A stretch of 64,000 nucleotides of DNA, taken from the NCBI GenBank assembly GCA_964016885.1, contig OZ024740.1:184078001-184142000 (forward strand), in the 5' to 3' direction. The translations under genes and the position numbers were made by a program. Source of the DNA: Eledone cirrhosa (taxonomy: Eukaryota). The notes under the pieces were generated by a model. That model was given only the letters and a program-made list of their open reading frames with translations. It was not told the origin of the DNA and searched no databases. Within the stretch, counting starts at the first letter, position 1. Every line of letters begins with the position of its first letter. Positions 23,031-36,706 of this stretch are shown piece after piece.

Positions 23031-25380
23031 ATAGTTCTACTGATAAAAGAGCAAGTGAGATGAAACTAAATTTGTTACGGCTCATTGTTATTTCCTTATC
23101 ACCAGGACTTAACAAGAGGAAAGAATGGCGGCAATCTTTGATCTGGCATATCATAACTCTTAATTAAGGTTGTGGCGCCAAAATTGTCTTTACCTCGGGG
23201 CGCCACAAACCCCTACCTTATCTGATACTGAAATGTTTACATAAATGAATATTGACTGATTGTTTATACCATCAAGAATTCTAGATAATGTAATACTGTG
23301 GTAAGTGATACGAATTAACATAAATTTTATTGTATATTGCCTCGTTACAGTATTCACGTTGTCTATGTACTATTAAGGCTCCATTACATGCTTCTATTTT
23401 TAACTTTTTCTTTTGCAATATATTATCACACATATTTATATTTCAACCACACGTGTTTCAGCAATTAGAAAAAAACAAAAGAAAATAGAATTTCTTTATC
23501 ATTCAGATCAACATCTTATCCAGCTGTTCTTTATATAAAATAAAAAGGGATAGTTGTGTTTGGGACGACATTGATCATGTGTATGTTGTATTAGGGCTAA
23601 TGTTGGTTTAAAAAGTCCAGATTGTTGTTTGCTCGTGTAATTTGCATTCTTCAGTGATTCGTTGTGTATTTATATTCTATATTGTCATATTGAGAGACTT
23701 TCTTCTCAATTGAACTCCATGAGATAATTTTCCTAAATTCTTCAATTTAAAATGTGGAGGTATTTCTTCTTATTAGAACTGCCATTACAATATTGTGATT
23801 CTTCTTGAAATATTTGAATTTTCCTCGAGCCGCTAACAATAGAATTTGACTCGTCTTTGCATAATACTGTGTTACTAAAAAGGATGAACAAAAGCCCTAA
23901 ACACCTAGTGGTGATATTTACCTCCCTCAAAACTGAAATATTTAAGCGTTCCATTCATGGCAATAGGTTTGAATATATGTAAATTATTTTCCTTTGAAAC
24001 TCTATAAAATTTAAGAATAGTTACTACTTGATTTAAGTGGTTTTAAGACGTCAAACTAAAATATTTCAACATATACATCGCCATTCGACGATTCCATTAA
24101 AGTGTTTGTTAATGTTAACATGGTTTCCAGGAAACTAAATAGATTATGTAATCGAAATTTACAGTAATGTGCAGGCAGAATTCATAACGATGTTGCATTC
24201 AAGAGAAGAACAATTACAGGAATATATTACTCTAATAATCATGTATTCATTAACGATCACATATTCAATTCTTTCGCATCTATTATTCGCCTTAGATTCT
24301 TCAAACCATTGTTTTGTCGCTGAATGCATTTAGAAATAAATGTTGCATTTCTGAGAAATATTTTTGTATTCAGAAAGTAATCTATATGTCTATTCGTTTA
24401 TTATTCTATTAAAACTGAATATGACTAACAAATGAAAACAAGCATATAATTCAACGGCTTGTGTAATTGTTTAAAAATTTAAGAGTAATCTTTCAAAAAT
24501 ATAACACCTCAAATTATTCATGCATAAAAGTATTTAGTGAATAATAATGTGAATATTTATTATTAATATTTTTGCACTGTAAACCGTTAAGAAATATAAA
24601 TATATAGTTTATTAGATAGTATTGTTGTGATTATTTCTTTGATTTAAACGACATTTCTATAAAATCCTGATATTTATATAAATCTCGATATGCAGAAATT
24701 GTTATCCTCTTAAAAGAAATACAATACACTATGAAGATTATATATAAAAGAAAGAAATATTAATATAAATTCCCTGAATGCATGTGCTTCTGAACAGTTT
24801 ATCTAAAGTTAATTGTTATTTTAAAATATGCTTATGACAATTAAGTTGTCAGGATGTAAATAAACTATTGAATAATCACAAACTACAATAATGTGTCAAA
24901 TAATTCATAAGTTCCAGGTATATAATCATAATTTCCTAAAATGTATCATTTAAAGTAAAATCAGTAAATTTGGCAAGTGTAATTATTGAATAAAATTAGG
25001 TAAAAATATTCTACGAAAGCAGAACATGTGTACATATAAAAATATTTGTTCAAATATGTATCCTGTTTATAACTAAGAAAACCAGTTGAATAAGTACATA
25101 TTTAATGAGTAAATATGATAAGATAAACTTTATAATAATTATGCATTTTGCTTCTGATAGGATGAATTCGAAGTAGATGATTAATTCTTGCAAGTTTCCA
25201 AGTCCAATTAAAGATATATCTAGTTATCTCTCAGGTGAATCTTATTTAAGAATTTGAAATAGATATTCTCCGAAGATACACAAACGCATAAACACGTAAA
25301 TACACATACACACGCTCAAATACAAACACACACAAATATGTGTATGTATAAGTTTATGTGTGTGCATGCGTGTATATGTA

Positions 25381-26193
<813 letters not shown>

Positions 26194-26233
26194 TATGTAC
26201 GTATGTATACGGGGGTGTATATGCACAGATACA

Positions 26234-26789
26234 TCTAAACTATAATAAAGGAAGTTCTGCGGGATTGCGTACGGTTTATTCTTTTTTATCCCGTTTGTAA
26301 AATAAGTCGGATTACTTTGAATAAATAATGAATGAATAGTACATAATTTATCTACTAAATTCCGTGGCTGTTCATTAAATATCTGTTGATTATGTAAAGA
26401 TTCACTTCTTTAAATATTACATAATTTATCTACTAAATGTCGTGGCTGTTCATTAAATATATTTTATTTATTTAAAGATTCACTTCTTTAAAATTCTGAA
26501 ATGTGAACACTTCCGGTGGCGATCGCTTAAATACACACTAATTTTTCGTCACTAATTTTCTCCTTAGGCAGTCGATATATAATATGGTCTTTTTTAATGT
26601 ATCATGGATTTCGTTAATGATTACATAAGACAGTGTAACGCAGTCTTCGTTCAATTTCTATGTATTATATATTGTGAATTACGATTTTATTTGATGTATC
26701 ATATGTACATGTATATATACCTGCGTATAATATCAATATACACACTACACATGTTAGCAAAAACCACCCAAAGGGTGGTTTTCTGCTAG
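26234..26789 (+). mobile_element. Non-autonomous Helitron
   Basis: A|TCtaaactataataaag start, internal ~78-bp duplication, 3' hairpin aaaaccacccaaagggtggtttt then CTAG|T. Confidence 0.8.
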
Positions 26790-27411
26790 TACACATAATT
26801 ATAAAGAGGCGAGAAGCATGAAAGCTGATAGGGCGAGATGAGAGAGAGAAAAAGAAAGAGTGATAGAGGCAGGGGGAGACAGAGAGGTGCATTCTAAATA
26901 TACATCTGTGAATAGTTTACAGAAGACGAAAATTAAGTTTATATAATAGAAATTGTTGAATCGGAGGGATCTAGTAATGCTAAGCGGTAGCAAATAAAAA
27001 TAAAAGCAGCTAGAATAGTGGAATGTATTTCATGGTGTAAAGAGGAAAACACAGTGAAAGAAGAAGAAAAGGGGCGCAGATGAAAGGGAAGCTAGAAGTG
27101 GAAAGGTAACAAATGTTAATCAAATGAGAGCAAAAAGAAAAATAGAACTGAAATACGATATAGACAAAAGAACACACCTATACATATGTATATATATATA
27201 ATTAGGTTTGTTGGTTCACCACTGGATAGAACTGGTCATTCCCTATAGTCAATCATGATGTAGTATTAGGAAGAGCACTCGACGTTATGCAACTCATCCA
27301 TCTTCGTTTATGTTGAATCATGGTGGTGTGAGATGACAGTTAATTATTATTGAGTAAAATGAAAAGAGGCATAGTGTTTGCTATAATAAATCTTTGAAGG
27401 ACTTTCACTTG

Positions 27412-27482
<71 letters not shown>

Positions 27483-27623
27483 TAACTGTTTCTATTTTAG
27501 GCACAAGGCCAGCAATTATCCAGTACATTACTGGTACTTTATTTTGAACTCAGATTATAAAGGGACGTAACTCTATGTCAAAGCATGGTGTCCGACTCTG
27601 TACCGATACTGGCAATCCACCGC

Positions 27624-27740
<117 letters not shown>

Positions 27741-28051
27741 GTATTCCAATGTTACTAAGTAGTTGCATTGGATGGAGTCAACTGACGTCAGAGATTGCTC
27801 AACGTATAATAAAGTGTGTTTTAAAATCCGGAGATAATATGGAGAAAAAATTTACGAAATGGAAATGCGGGTATATAGAATTTATTAGGTAACAATTGTT
27901 TCTATAGTGTATGAGTTACCTATACATCGCTATTTGAATAATACACAAATATTATCAAAAACCGAACCATGTAAAATCGAACCATCCTCATTCCATTATT
28001 AAATCTATCCCTAAAAATATATCCATAAGGATCTCCCGACTGTCGTCTAAT

Positions 28052-28990
28052 TTGCAGACCTTCAACGAGCATGCTGAATATTATAATGACGCACTTAGAA
28101 AAGCTGGTTACTGCGAGAAAATTGAATATCTAGACGATAACCACATAAGTACTATGAATAAAACACATCAAAGTCGAACTAGTATTGCACCACACACACA
28201 CATCAATAGGCATACTAACAGGTGCAAACCAGCAAATAGAGTCAGACGTAGAGAGTACATATGGTATAACCCCGTGTACAATTCTTCTATTAGCACTAAG
28301 ATTATCTCACAATTCTATACACTAATCAATAAACACTTTACAACTTCACATAAATACTATAAAATCTTTAACTCGCGCACCATTAGACTCTCATACTCCA
28401 CTGCACCTAACATAGAACAACTAATTAGAAAACTCAACTCAGCAATACTGAATAAGTACATCCCTAATGACTTAGCGCACCAGCATAGCAACATGCAACG
28501 CACTAACACGCAACCGCAACCCCACCAAACTATCCAGGATTCTACTGCAAAACATAAAAATAGTTGTAACTGCACTAAACCAGGTACGTGCCCACTGAAT
28601 AACCAGTGCCTAGCACGCAATATTGTCTACCGGTGTACAATAAATTCCGGGACCAACAAATGGTATTACGTCGGATGTACCGCAACTTCTTTCAAGGCTC
28701 GCCTATACCAACATCGATCATCGATCAGGCACGAGAAAATGCGCTCCGTAACAACCCTCACCGATAAAGCCTGGCAGCTTCGGAGGAACAATCAAGCGTT
28801 CTCCCTTGATTGGCAAATTATTGCAGCTGCGCCTGCATATCAGCAAAATCATCGATTCTGCAAGTTATGCAATTTAGAGATATACTGCATTTTAACGTCG
28901 GTAAACAAACTTTTGAACAGCAAAATTGAACGTTCTCTATACTGTAACCATCGTTTGAAAACGACTTTTTCTTTTTTTAAATGCATATAA
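28052..28990 (+). CDS. PLE RT-thumb/linker/GIY-YIG endonuclease, uninterrupted 312-aa frame (5'-truncated)
   Basis: YYNDALRKAGY, IWYNPVY, CNCTKPGTCPL, IVYRC...YYVGCTATSFKARLYQH, CKLCNLE, YCNHR. Confidence 0.8.
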   Translation: MQTFNEHAEYYNDALRKAGYCEKIEYLDDNHISTMNKTHQSRTSIAPHTHINRHTNRCKPANRVRRREYIWYNPVYNSSISTKIISQFYTLINKHFTTSHKYYKIFNSRTIRLSYSTAPNIEQLIRKLNSAILNKYIPNDLAHQHSNMQRTNTQPQPHQTIQDSTAKHKNSCNCTKPGTCPLNNQCLARNIVYRCTINSGTNKWYYVGCTATSFKARLYQHRSSIRHEKMRSVTTLTDKAWQLRRNNQAFSLDWQIIAAAPAYQQNHRFCKLCNLEIYCILTSVNKLLNSKIERSLYCNHRLKTTFSFFKCI

Positions 28991-29393
28991 TGTTACCTTT
29001 TTACACCAACGTTTGCAAATTTCTGTCTTATATGTTTATACACTAGATATGACTTTCTATAATAATAGTACTAAACACTGTTTTTCTGGACCCCTTTAGA
29101 AATAACCTGCTACTATAATAGCCCTAATAACTTGTCTGTGACATTGTACCACTTTGACCCCTCTAACTAAATTTTGTCCGAACAACACCACTAGAAGTAT
29201 CTACTTCCCAGCCAACCTTAACACGCCTCATTAAGCTAACTGCTGCCAAAACATTCTCTCTTCACAATCTCTACTGGTCTGACAGTCTTAAACCCTAAGA
29301 CTCCCTCCACCTTACTCACTTCCCTCTTCCCCTTCTCTTCCTACCTCCTTTTTTATCTAGTGTATAAAATATTTTCATATCATTCTAATACAA

Positions 29394-29510
29394 AGGTCTG
29401 ATGACATGGTGTGTTGGCTTACAGTGTACTTTCGGTTTTTGATAATATTTGTGTATTATTCAAATAGCGAGGTATAGGTAACTCATACACTATAGAAACA
29501 ATTGTTACCT
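29394..29510 (+). ncRNA. Hammerhead motif with ~90-nt stem II domain in 3' pLTR
   Basis: aggt-CTGATGA-catggtgtg...tacactata-GAAA-caattg-TT-acct; palindromic stem III. Confidence 0.65.
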
Positions 29511-29547
29511 AATAAATTCTATATACCCGCATTTCCATTTCGTAAAT

Positions 29548-29635
<88 letters not shown>

Positions 29636-29639
<4 letters not shown>

Positions 29640-30002
29640 TATAAGCGGAACAAGCAAAATTCACCAATTTTTTTAAAATAAATTAAAATATATTTTATCG
29701 TTCCTGGGTCTTTAGCCCTAGGAAGGGAAAATGTTTCTCTGATGGGCCTTGATTTTCCATTAGAAATCCATTGGGTCTCTAGTGTTTTACAAGGCGAAAC
29801 CGATCGGTAAGAGCCATAAGAATAGGTAAATATTTAAATTATATTTTTTAATTTATTTTAAAAAATTGGTTGAATTTTGCTTGTTCCGCTTATATTAATA
29901 TTATAGTTCTGGTATGTCAAATTGATACCATAGAACAACCTTAAATCATAGACAACCTATGTATTTCCAGAGGTACTTAGTACCCACGGGCATACTAACT
30001 TC

Positions 30003-30005
<3 letters not shown>
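29636..30005 (+). mobile_element. Solo pLTR-like insert with inverted 5' copy
   Basis: 29636-29692 is the reverse complement of ~29840-29899; contains a hammerhead motif; (TA)n on both sides. Confidence 0.7.
29735..29813 (+). ncRNA. Hammerhead motif (core variant CTGATGG)
   Basis: ttct-CTGATGG-gccttg...caaggc-GAAA-ccgatcgg-TA-agag; palindromic stem III ACCGATCGGT. Confidence 0.7.
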
Positions 30006-30079
<74 letters not shown>

Positions 30080-30083
<4 letters not shown>

Positions 30084-31150
30084 TCCTACTGTCCAGCTTC
30101 CATTAGCGGAATCAGCAGGCGACACAGCTGCTCACGTAATGTAACATGGTTCTATCCTCCCCACAACGCCGAGGTGACAACCCCTTTCGGGAAAATCTTC
30201 TTTAGGTTCATCGAAAAACACTTCCCACTACAACACCGCTACCACAACATAATGAACAAAAATACCATCAAACTCTCCTACAGCACCACACCTAACTTTG
30301 CACAAAACATCGTCTCCTCTAACAACAAAAAACTCAACCCCTATGGAATAAATAACCTAAATAGCAGTGGAGAGCCGACCAGGAGGTGCAACTGTCCTGA
30401 TGGATCCATTTGCCCTCTCGAAAAGAGATGTAGAGATCGTAATGTGATCTACCGGTGCAACGTGAGGACGGACACCTCCAACAAAGCTTATATAGGATTA
30501 ACCGCATGTGACTTCAAGACCCGGCTATACCAACACAGCCATACTTTCCGAAACCCGGCCCGGCGCCACACCACCACATTTTCGAGCCACATCTGGGACC
30601 TCAAGGATAACAATATTACCAATGATCTCACTTGGAGCTTACTGTCCAGAGCCAACTCTTACACGGGAAGACGCCTTCCGTGCAATTTATGCTCCCAGGA
30701 AACTTTACAAATGCTGTTTTCGACGGACCAACTCCTAAACAAGAAAGACGAACTGGTAACTGCATGCAAACACAGATTGCGTAGGACTTACCTCGCCCTC
30801 AAACCCCATAATGAAACGCGGGGGGGGGGGGTTAGACAACGGCTGTAACACCCCACTTGTTGCCCACTTTGTAATGGGTAACCTCTGCTTGCAAAGGTAG
30901 ACGTAAGATTTTCTTTTATGTCTTTTTATCGTTTCCTCTATATTTCCTTCTTCCCCCATCCCTTCCTAGTCCTTCCACCCCAGTCCTCCTTCTTTGTCGT
31001 CGTCCTTTTTACTTTCTCGCCCACTCCAAAGCAGCCCCTCGGTCCTTTGTAGCCTCACTACCCCCACCCCCATCCCCTACTCTATGATAGAATTGGCCGA
31101 CTCCGCTGTTTATAGCTGATGTGATAGACCCCAGATACTTGCTTTCTTAT
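30080..31150 (+). mobile_element. 5'-truncated Penelope-like element (linker plus GIY-YIG, ORF 30174-30848)
   Basis: KLSYSTTPN, CNCPDGSICPL, AYIGLTACDFKTRLYQH, SHIWDLK, CNLCSQE, CKHR; 3' boundary approximate. Confidence 0.9.
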
Positions 31151-32076
31151 CCGATGGCTGCCCCATTTCCGTGCTTCCCACATTTCTTAGTGGTATCTCT
31201 GCTTTAGTTTCTCGTATATTAGTATTTATTTTATTTTTTTTGGTGGGGGGGGGGGGGACATTCTGAATTAATTTTCCGTATCAAATTTTTCATATATATC
31301 GTACGAGAATTTATGTAGTTTGTACTAGAATATTTGTATCGTAGTGGCACCCTTAGAGATAGTATTAGTATTTATTTTCGGGATTCTGAATTATTATTTC
31401 GTATTAGTTTATGTTTTGCACTGGGTGGTTGCTAGCCTTGTGCCTAGGGTGGAGACAATTATTTCGTATTAGTTTCGGGTCTCTGAATTATTATTTCGTG
31501 GTAGTTTCTTTAGTATTTTGGCCCCCTACATGTTGACCTGTCACTGTAAGATATACTCGGTTCATTTCTACTAACTCATAAAATTGTCTCACTACAATCT
31601 CGTCCCACCTAGTAAACTTTTCTATAGTTTAGCAGTACCAGTGAGAGACTTGATGATTGTGGTTAGGGAATAGTAACCAGAAATTGTTTTTTTTAAAATA
31701 TTTTTAACATTCTTAGTATTCTTCTATATATTTTACTCCATATTGATTGACTTATTGTTTCGACTTCCTTCCCCTCCTCCTCCCTAGTATACTTGCTTGA
31801 TCCTGCTGTAGTTGGCACTATCAACGCACGACTGGGTTTCCTCCACTCCCTCTCCCTCTTGTTCTTCTACTGGCAGGTTCAGCTACCCCTTCCTTCCACA
31901 AATTGCCATGATAGAATTATGTGTCTCAACAACAAACTTTATGTATGTTATTACTCTAAGGTGAATCAACCTTATCGAGTGCTTTGCTGCACATTCCTAA
32001 ATTGTATATCGTTAGCTTGGCCTCAGCCGAAATTTCGATTTCACTAAACTTCTATTTGTATATATATATATATCTT

Positions 32077-32640
32077 GGTTGTCCATCGTAAACGATGATG
32101 ACATCTTCTTGATCGCCGCAGGGAATTGGGAGTGCACACTAAAGAAGAAACCTGTGCGGGAAAGGTTTATAGTGGGAGGGTCTGTGCACAGTGACGGTCC
32201 CACTCGGCCGCGGAAGCCAGAATCCGGTGGTACGGGGGACCGTCACGTCCAGGGACTTCCTTGGCTGCAGTGGATGGCCACGACGTCTGTAGTGCCTTGC
32301 TGTGCCCTAGCGCTCCACACCGTTTGCTGTTGCCGCCTTTGTGACTGTTGGGATGATGTTGTCTTCCTCCATTCACTCCGTCGGGTTCAGTCTTCGCATG
32401 CAGGGGCAGGCATCCCTATCTAACTCACCGGGGGGGGGGGGTTTCAGACTCGTCCAACTACCCTCAACCTGGTTCGGCTCGCCACCCAACGCGGCTCACC
32501 AGGGTGTGGCCGCTGTCGTATGCTACAGCTTTTGGGGGCCACAGGTGAGACCTGAGTGTCAGGTGGGACAATGCAGGACGGGCTGTCCTGAAAAGGCATG
32601 GCTAGCCGCCTCTACAGAAACACATGCCTCTCCCTGACAC
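32077..32640 (-). mobile_element. GC-rich non-coding retroposon, possibly RTE-derived
   Basis: Minus-strand 3' end gtcatcatcgtttacgatggacaacc abuts (TA)n and resembles RTE tails; sharp GC boundary; no credible ORF. Confidence 0.45.
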
Positions 32641-32874
32641 CCCAGGCATATACACACGTATATACATACACATACATATGTACATGTGTATTTACATATT
32701 TATCCATTTTTGGATGGCCGTTGACTCTTATCAGTTCTTCTGCCCTTTGTCAGGTTTTGTTTTTTGTCCTGCAGGGTGTCCAAAATCACCCTCCTCACCA
32801 AGTTAACTTGTTGGGGTTGCCAGTTTAGTCGCCGACGACCGGACCATGCGAGAGGTTGTACTTGTGTACATGTT

Positions 32875-32924
<50 letters not shown>

Positions 32925-33725
32925 TATTTTCCTTTGTTTCTCTCATGAGGGTCTCGTGCTATAAGAGGCACGATACATTTTCCTTGTCGTCACGTGTAAT
33001 TCTGTTTACTTGTCATAACTTAATTGCTATATGTTGCAGTTTTGTCTGGTCCCTTAAGCCATAGGACAGCGGTTTGACTTGTGTCAGATGCTGTGACACC
33101 AGGTATACTAGCAGTACCGTTGATAGTGGTAGGAACTGCCAAAGCCCCTCTCAACGGCCGATGACACTGGAGTTCTGTGTCTTTCGTTTGTATTTTTGAT
33201 TTCAAAAATTGCCTTACATTTTGTCTTGTTTTCGTTGTCTTATCCTCTGTTAATTTTCCTAAGTTTATCGTTAGTAATCTGTGACGAATGTGTTATCTCT
33301 TCAACCCTCTTAAGTTGAATTGTTTAAGCCCGATATCTTATTTCCTTTTCGCTATTGTTTTCCTTTAATTCTTTTCTCTTCCTGTTTTATTCCAGAGAAT
33401 GTTGTGCTACAAGAAGCACCACATTTTTCCATGTGTTCACATAAAATTATATGTGTAATTGTTATAGCTTAATGCGATAAATTAATGTTTTGTCCTTCGT
33501 TTCCACTAGACGCTTTGACTTCGGGTGTTCTAGTGGTACTGATGGTAGGGGTCGAAACACCGAAAGTTCACTTCAACGGTCAATGACCCTGGAGTTCTGT
33601 GTCTTTCATTTATGTTGTTATTTTGTTAAAAACCATTTTTTATAGTTCTCCAGAGAAATTTGTTTCTCGTTTTACCTTGAATTCGTTCATTGTTTTGCCT
33701 CCCTGTTAATTTTCCTAAGTTTATC
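32925..33725. repeat. Two diverged ~340-bp copies of one non-coding repeat
   Basis: Shared blocks tcaacgg.c.atgac.ctggagttctgtgtctttc (~33150, ~33573) and ctgttaattttcctaagtttatc (~33247, ~33703). Confidence 0.7.
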
Positions 33726-33739
33726 ACACACACACACGT

Positions 33740-33879
<140 letters not shown>

Positions 33880-35624
33880 TTATATATATACATATGCCTA
33901 TAAGAATATGGCGTGAAGGAGACAATAAGAATGTTTGCAAACCGTGCATATAAATATACTTGTTATACTATATTAATAATCCAAATGCTGCAAATTTACG
34001 CCGGCAACACGATAAGACTAATATATATTCCTGACAAAGGACACCACAACATACACACATCCTTTTTCCAGAAACACATATATAAGTACAAGAACAAAGC
34101 AATAGATATAAGAGTTACTATATTAGGGATAGGCAATCTCGGAATCAAAGTCTCTATTCTAATATCCCATCTCCAAATAAACAACAGAATAGAAATCAAC
34201 CTCATCTTTCGCACTATCCCAATTGAAACACACTTCAAACATTGACATAATTAAATCGCGTCATGTTTTAGATTATATACCACATAACCCATTCACAATA
34301 TCAAACGTCGGAAAAGTCCACCACTCTCAAATTTCAAAATTTGCAGCTTTAGAGCGATAGAAAATAAGTAACACCGAATTAGTCTCTTTAATTACATTTT
34401 TTTAAAGAGATTTTATCTTGAAATATAAATACTTACAAAGAATTGCAAAGTAACACAGTACATCTTTGTTATTATCATATTGGTTTATATTGTGATAGCC
34501 TTTATACAAAACACTATATATATTAGCAGTATTAAATATAGACCTGCTAACCTCTAAAATCCCAAACGGGGAGTACCATGAAAAGATAGACCCAAACAGG
34601 GAGAAATGAGGCAAAATGGCGAGATTTTACATAATGAAAGGTATACCCAAAAGAGGATGGGAGAGCTCCCCGTTGGACGGGGTGAATTGACAGATCTGTA
34701 AATACGATTTACCGTAGACATGCACGATTGCTGCTCTTATTCTTTAACCTGAAACTAGTCTTGATAGAACAGGCCAATGATCAGAGGTTTTAATCAGACA
34801 GTTTATCCAGGGTTACACAAATTATGAAAAATGTACTTCGTTGTTTTAAAACGAGTTTGTGATGTGAGGGAGGTTTATTATTATTTCTTTCAGACCAAGT
34901 AGAGGCTCTATCCTTGCATTGAATCTTTGATTTACTAGGTACGTTTACAATAAATCCTTTCCATTTTCCTAAACAACTACCTAGCTACGAAAGTGAAAGT
35001 TATGTGAAAGGAAAATCAAAGCCAGTTCATAATGAACAGTTAGTTCTTTCATGGAATATAATACTATGATGGATTTATCCTGAAACTATATTGAATTGCG
35101 CAATTCTTCCTTAATAACAGCAACAGCAACATCATATTGAACTATGGAAGGAATAGCTATACTGACATGTTTGGTTGGTGTTACTATATTACAATAACTT
35201 GTTTTCTTTGAATACTAAAGCAATAACTGCAATATTTAATTATTTTTTGGAAAACGTCAACACTTCACATATCGATACAGACACTTTGTGTTCTATAATA
35301 AATTGTAAATTAGTTCTTACTCATGCTACTTTTAGGTATATATAGATGAATACAGTACGTATATATATATCACACATCTTATATATTTGTCCTATACGAT
35401 TTCCCATTTACAAACAACAAAATGGTATTTTATGAAATTAATCATATACCAGAAAGTTGGATATGATCAAGACAGTAGAATGTTTGAAGTATCAAGTAAT
35501 GAAATATTCGGTATTAAGTGATTTAGCCTCTAACACAATGATATCCTAGCAGTGTTTGCGTGCAAAACATCAACTCTTTAGTAAACAGTATGAAGCTCTT
35601 ATCAAACAATGATATATGTATTAA

Positions 35625-35830
35625 GATTGGCAGTATTGGTAGACTGTCGGATAACAGGCTTTGTGGAGTAGAGTTACGGCCCTTTATGTTCTGAGTTCAT
35701 ATCTCACCGAGGTTAGCTTTGCTAAAGGGGTCGATAAAATAAAGCACCAGTAATGCACTGGGGTCGATTTAATCGACTTTTCCCTCCTCCCAAATTGCTG
35801 GCCTTGTGCATATAGTAGAAATCATTGTTA
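35625..35830 (+). mobile_element. Octopus-type SINE
   Basis: gttctgagttcatatctcaccgaggttagctttgc...ggggtcgataaaataaagcaccagt...tgctggccttgtgc; a partial second head follows at 35836-35912. Confidence 0.75.
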
Positions 35831-35912
35831 TTCTATGGCGGTGGATAGTAGTATCGGTAGAGCGTCGGATACCATTATTTGCAGTATCGGGTACGTCCCT
35901 CTACGTTCTGAG

Positions 35913-35943
<31 letters not shown>

Positions 35944-36248
35944 AAAGAGAGATAGAGAGAGAGTGTGTGTTTATCAAGTTACAGGGAATACCACTAGCGT
36001 ATGGAACCTCCGTTACTTCATTTTGATATGTATATATATACAAATGGAAGTATAGTAACATCGCAGTTGTGGCTGTGGCCAAGCTAACGATATATATACA
36101 TATAGCCGTCGAAACGGCTTGAGCTCTGCTATCGAGGTCATACATTTTCCTATTACCCATTCTTCTACCCTAAGTATTGGGGACTCTGGTGCGTTATAGT
36201 CCATCTGGTTCCTTACCACAACTCCCTCGTTATATATATATATATATA

Positions 36249-36592
36249 TATCAAAATAAAAATCCGAAGGCATAGTATAAATTTCCAATCATTTTAATCA
36301 CGACACATGTTGCAATAAGAGATAGATCGATCTTGTAGCCATGATCAGTGATAATCGATCATGGCTACACGATCGATCTATCTCTTATTGAAACATGTGT
36401 CGTGATTAAAATGATTGGAAATGTATACCATGCCTTCGGATTTTTATTTTGATACAAATACTCCGTTTTACATGATCTAGATTGTTCCCATAAATGGAAT
36501 TGGAGATATACGAAAGCGTGGAGAACTTAATATTGCTAACAACAATTTATTGGACCGTTTGACACAACCAATATTACACCTTACTATGTAAC

Positions 36593-36596
<4 letters not shown>
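36249..36596. repeat. Fold-back insert in (TA)n
   Basis: ~97-bp near-perfect inverted arms 36249-36346 / 36357-36454, plus a 140-bp tail. Confidence 0.9.
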
Positions 36597-36680
<84 letters not shown>

Positions 36681-36706
36681 TATATATATATATATATAGA
36701 GAGAGA

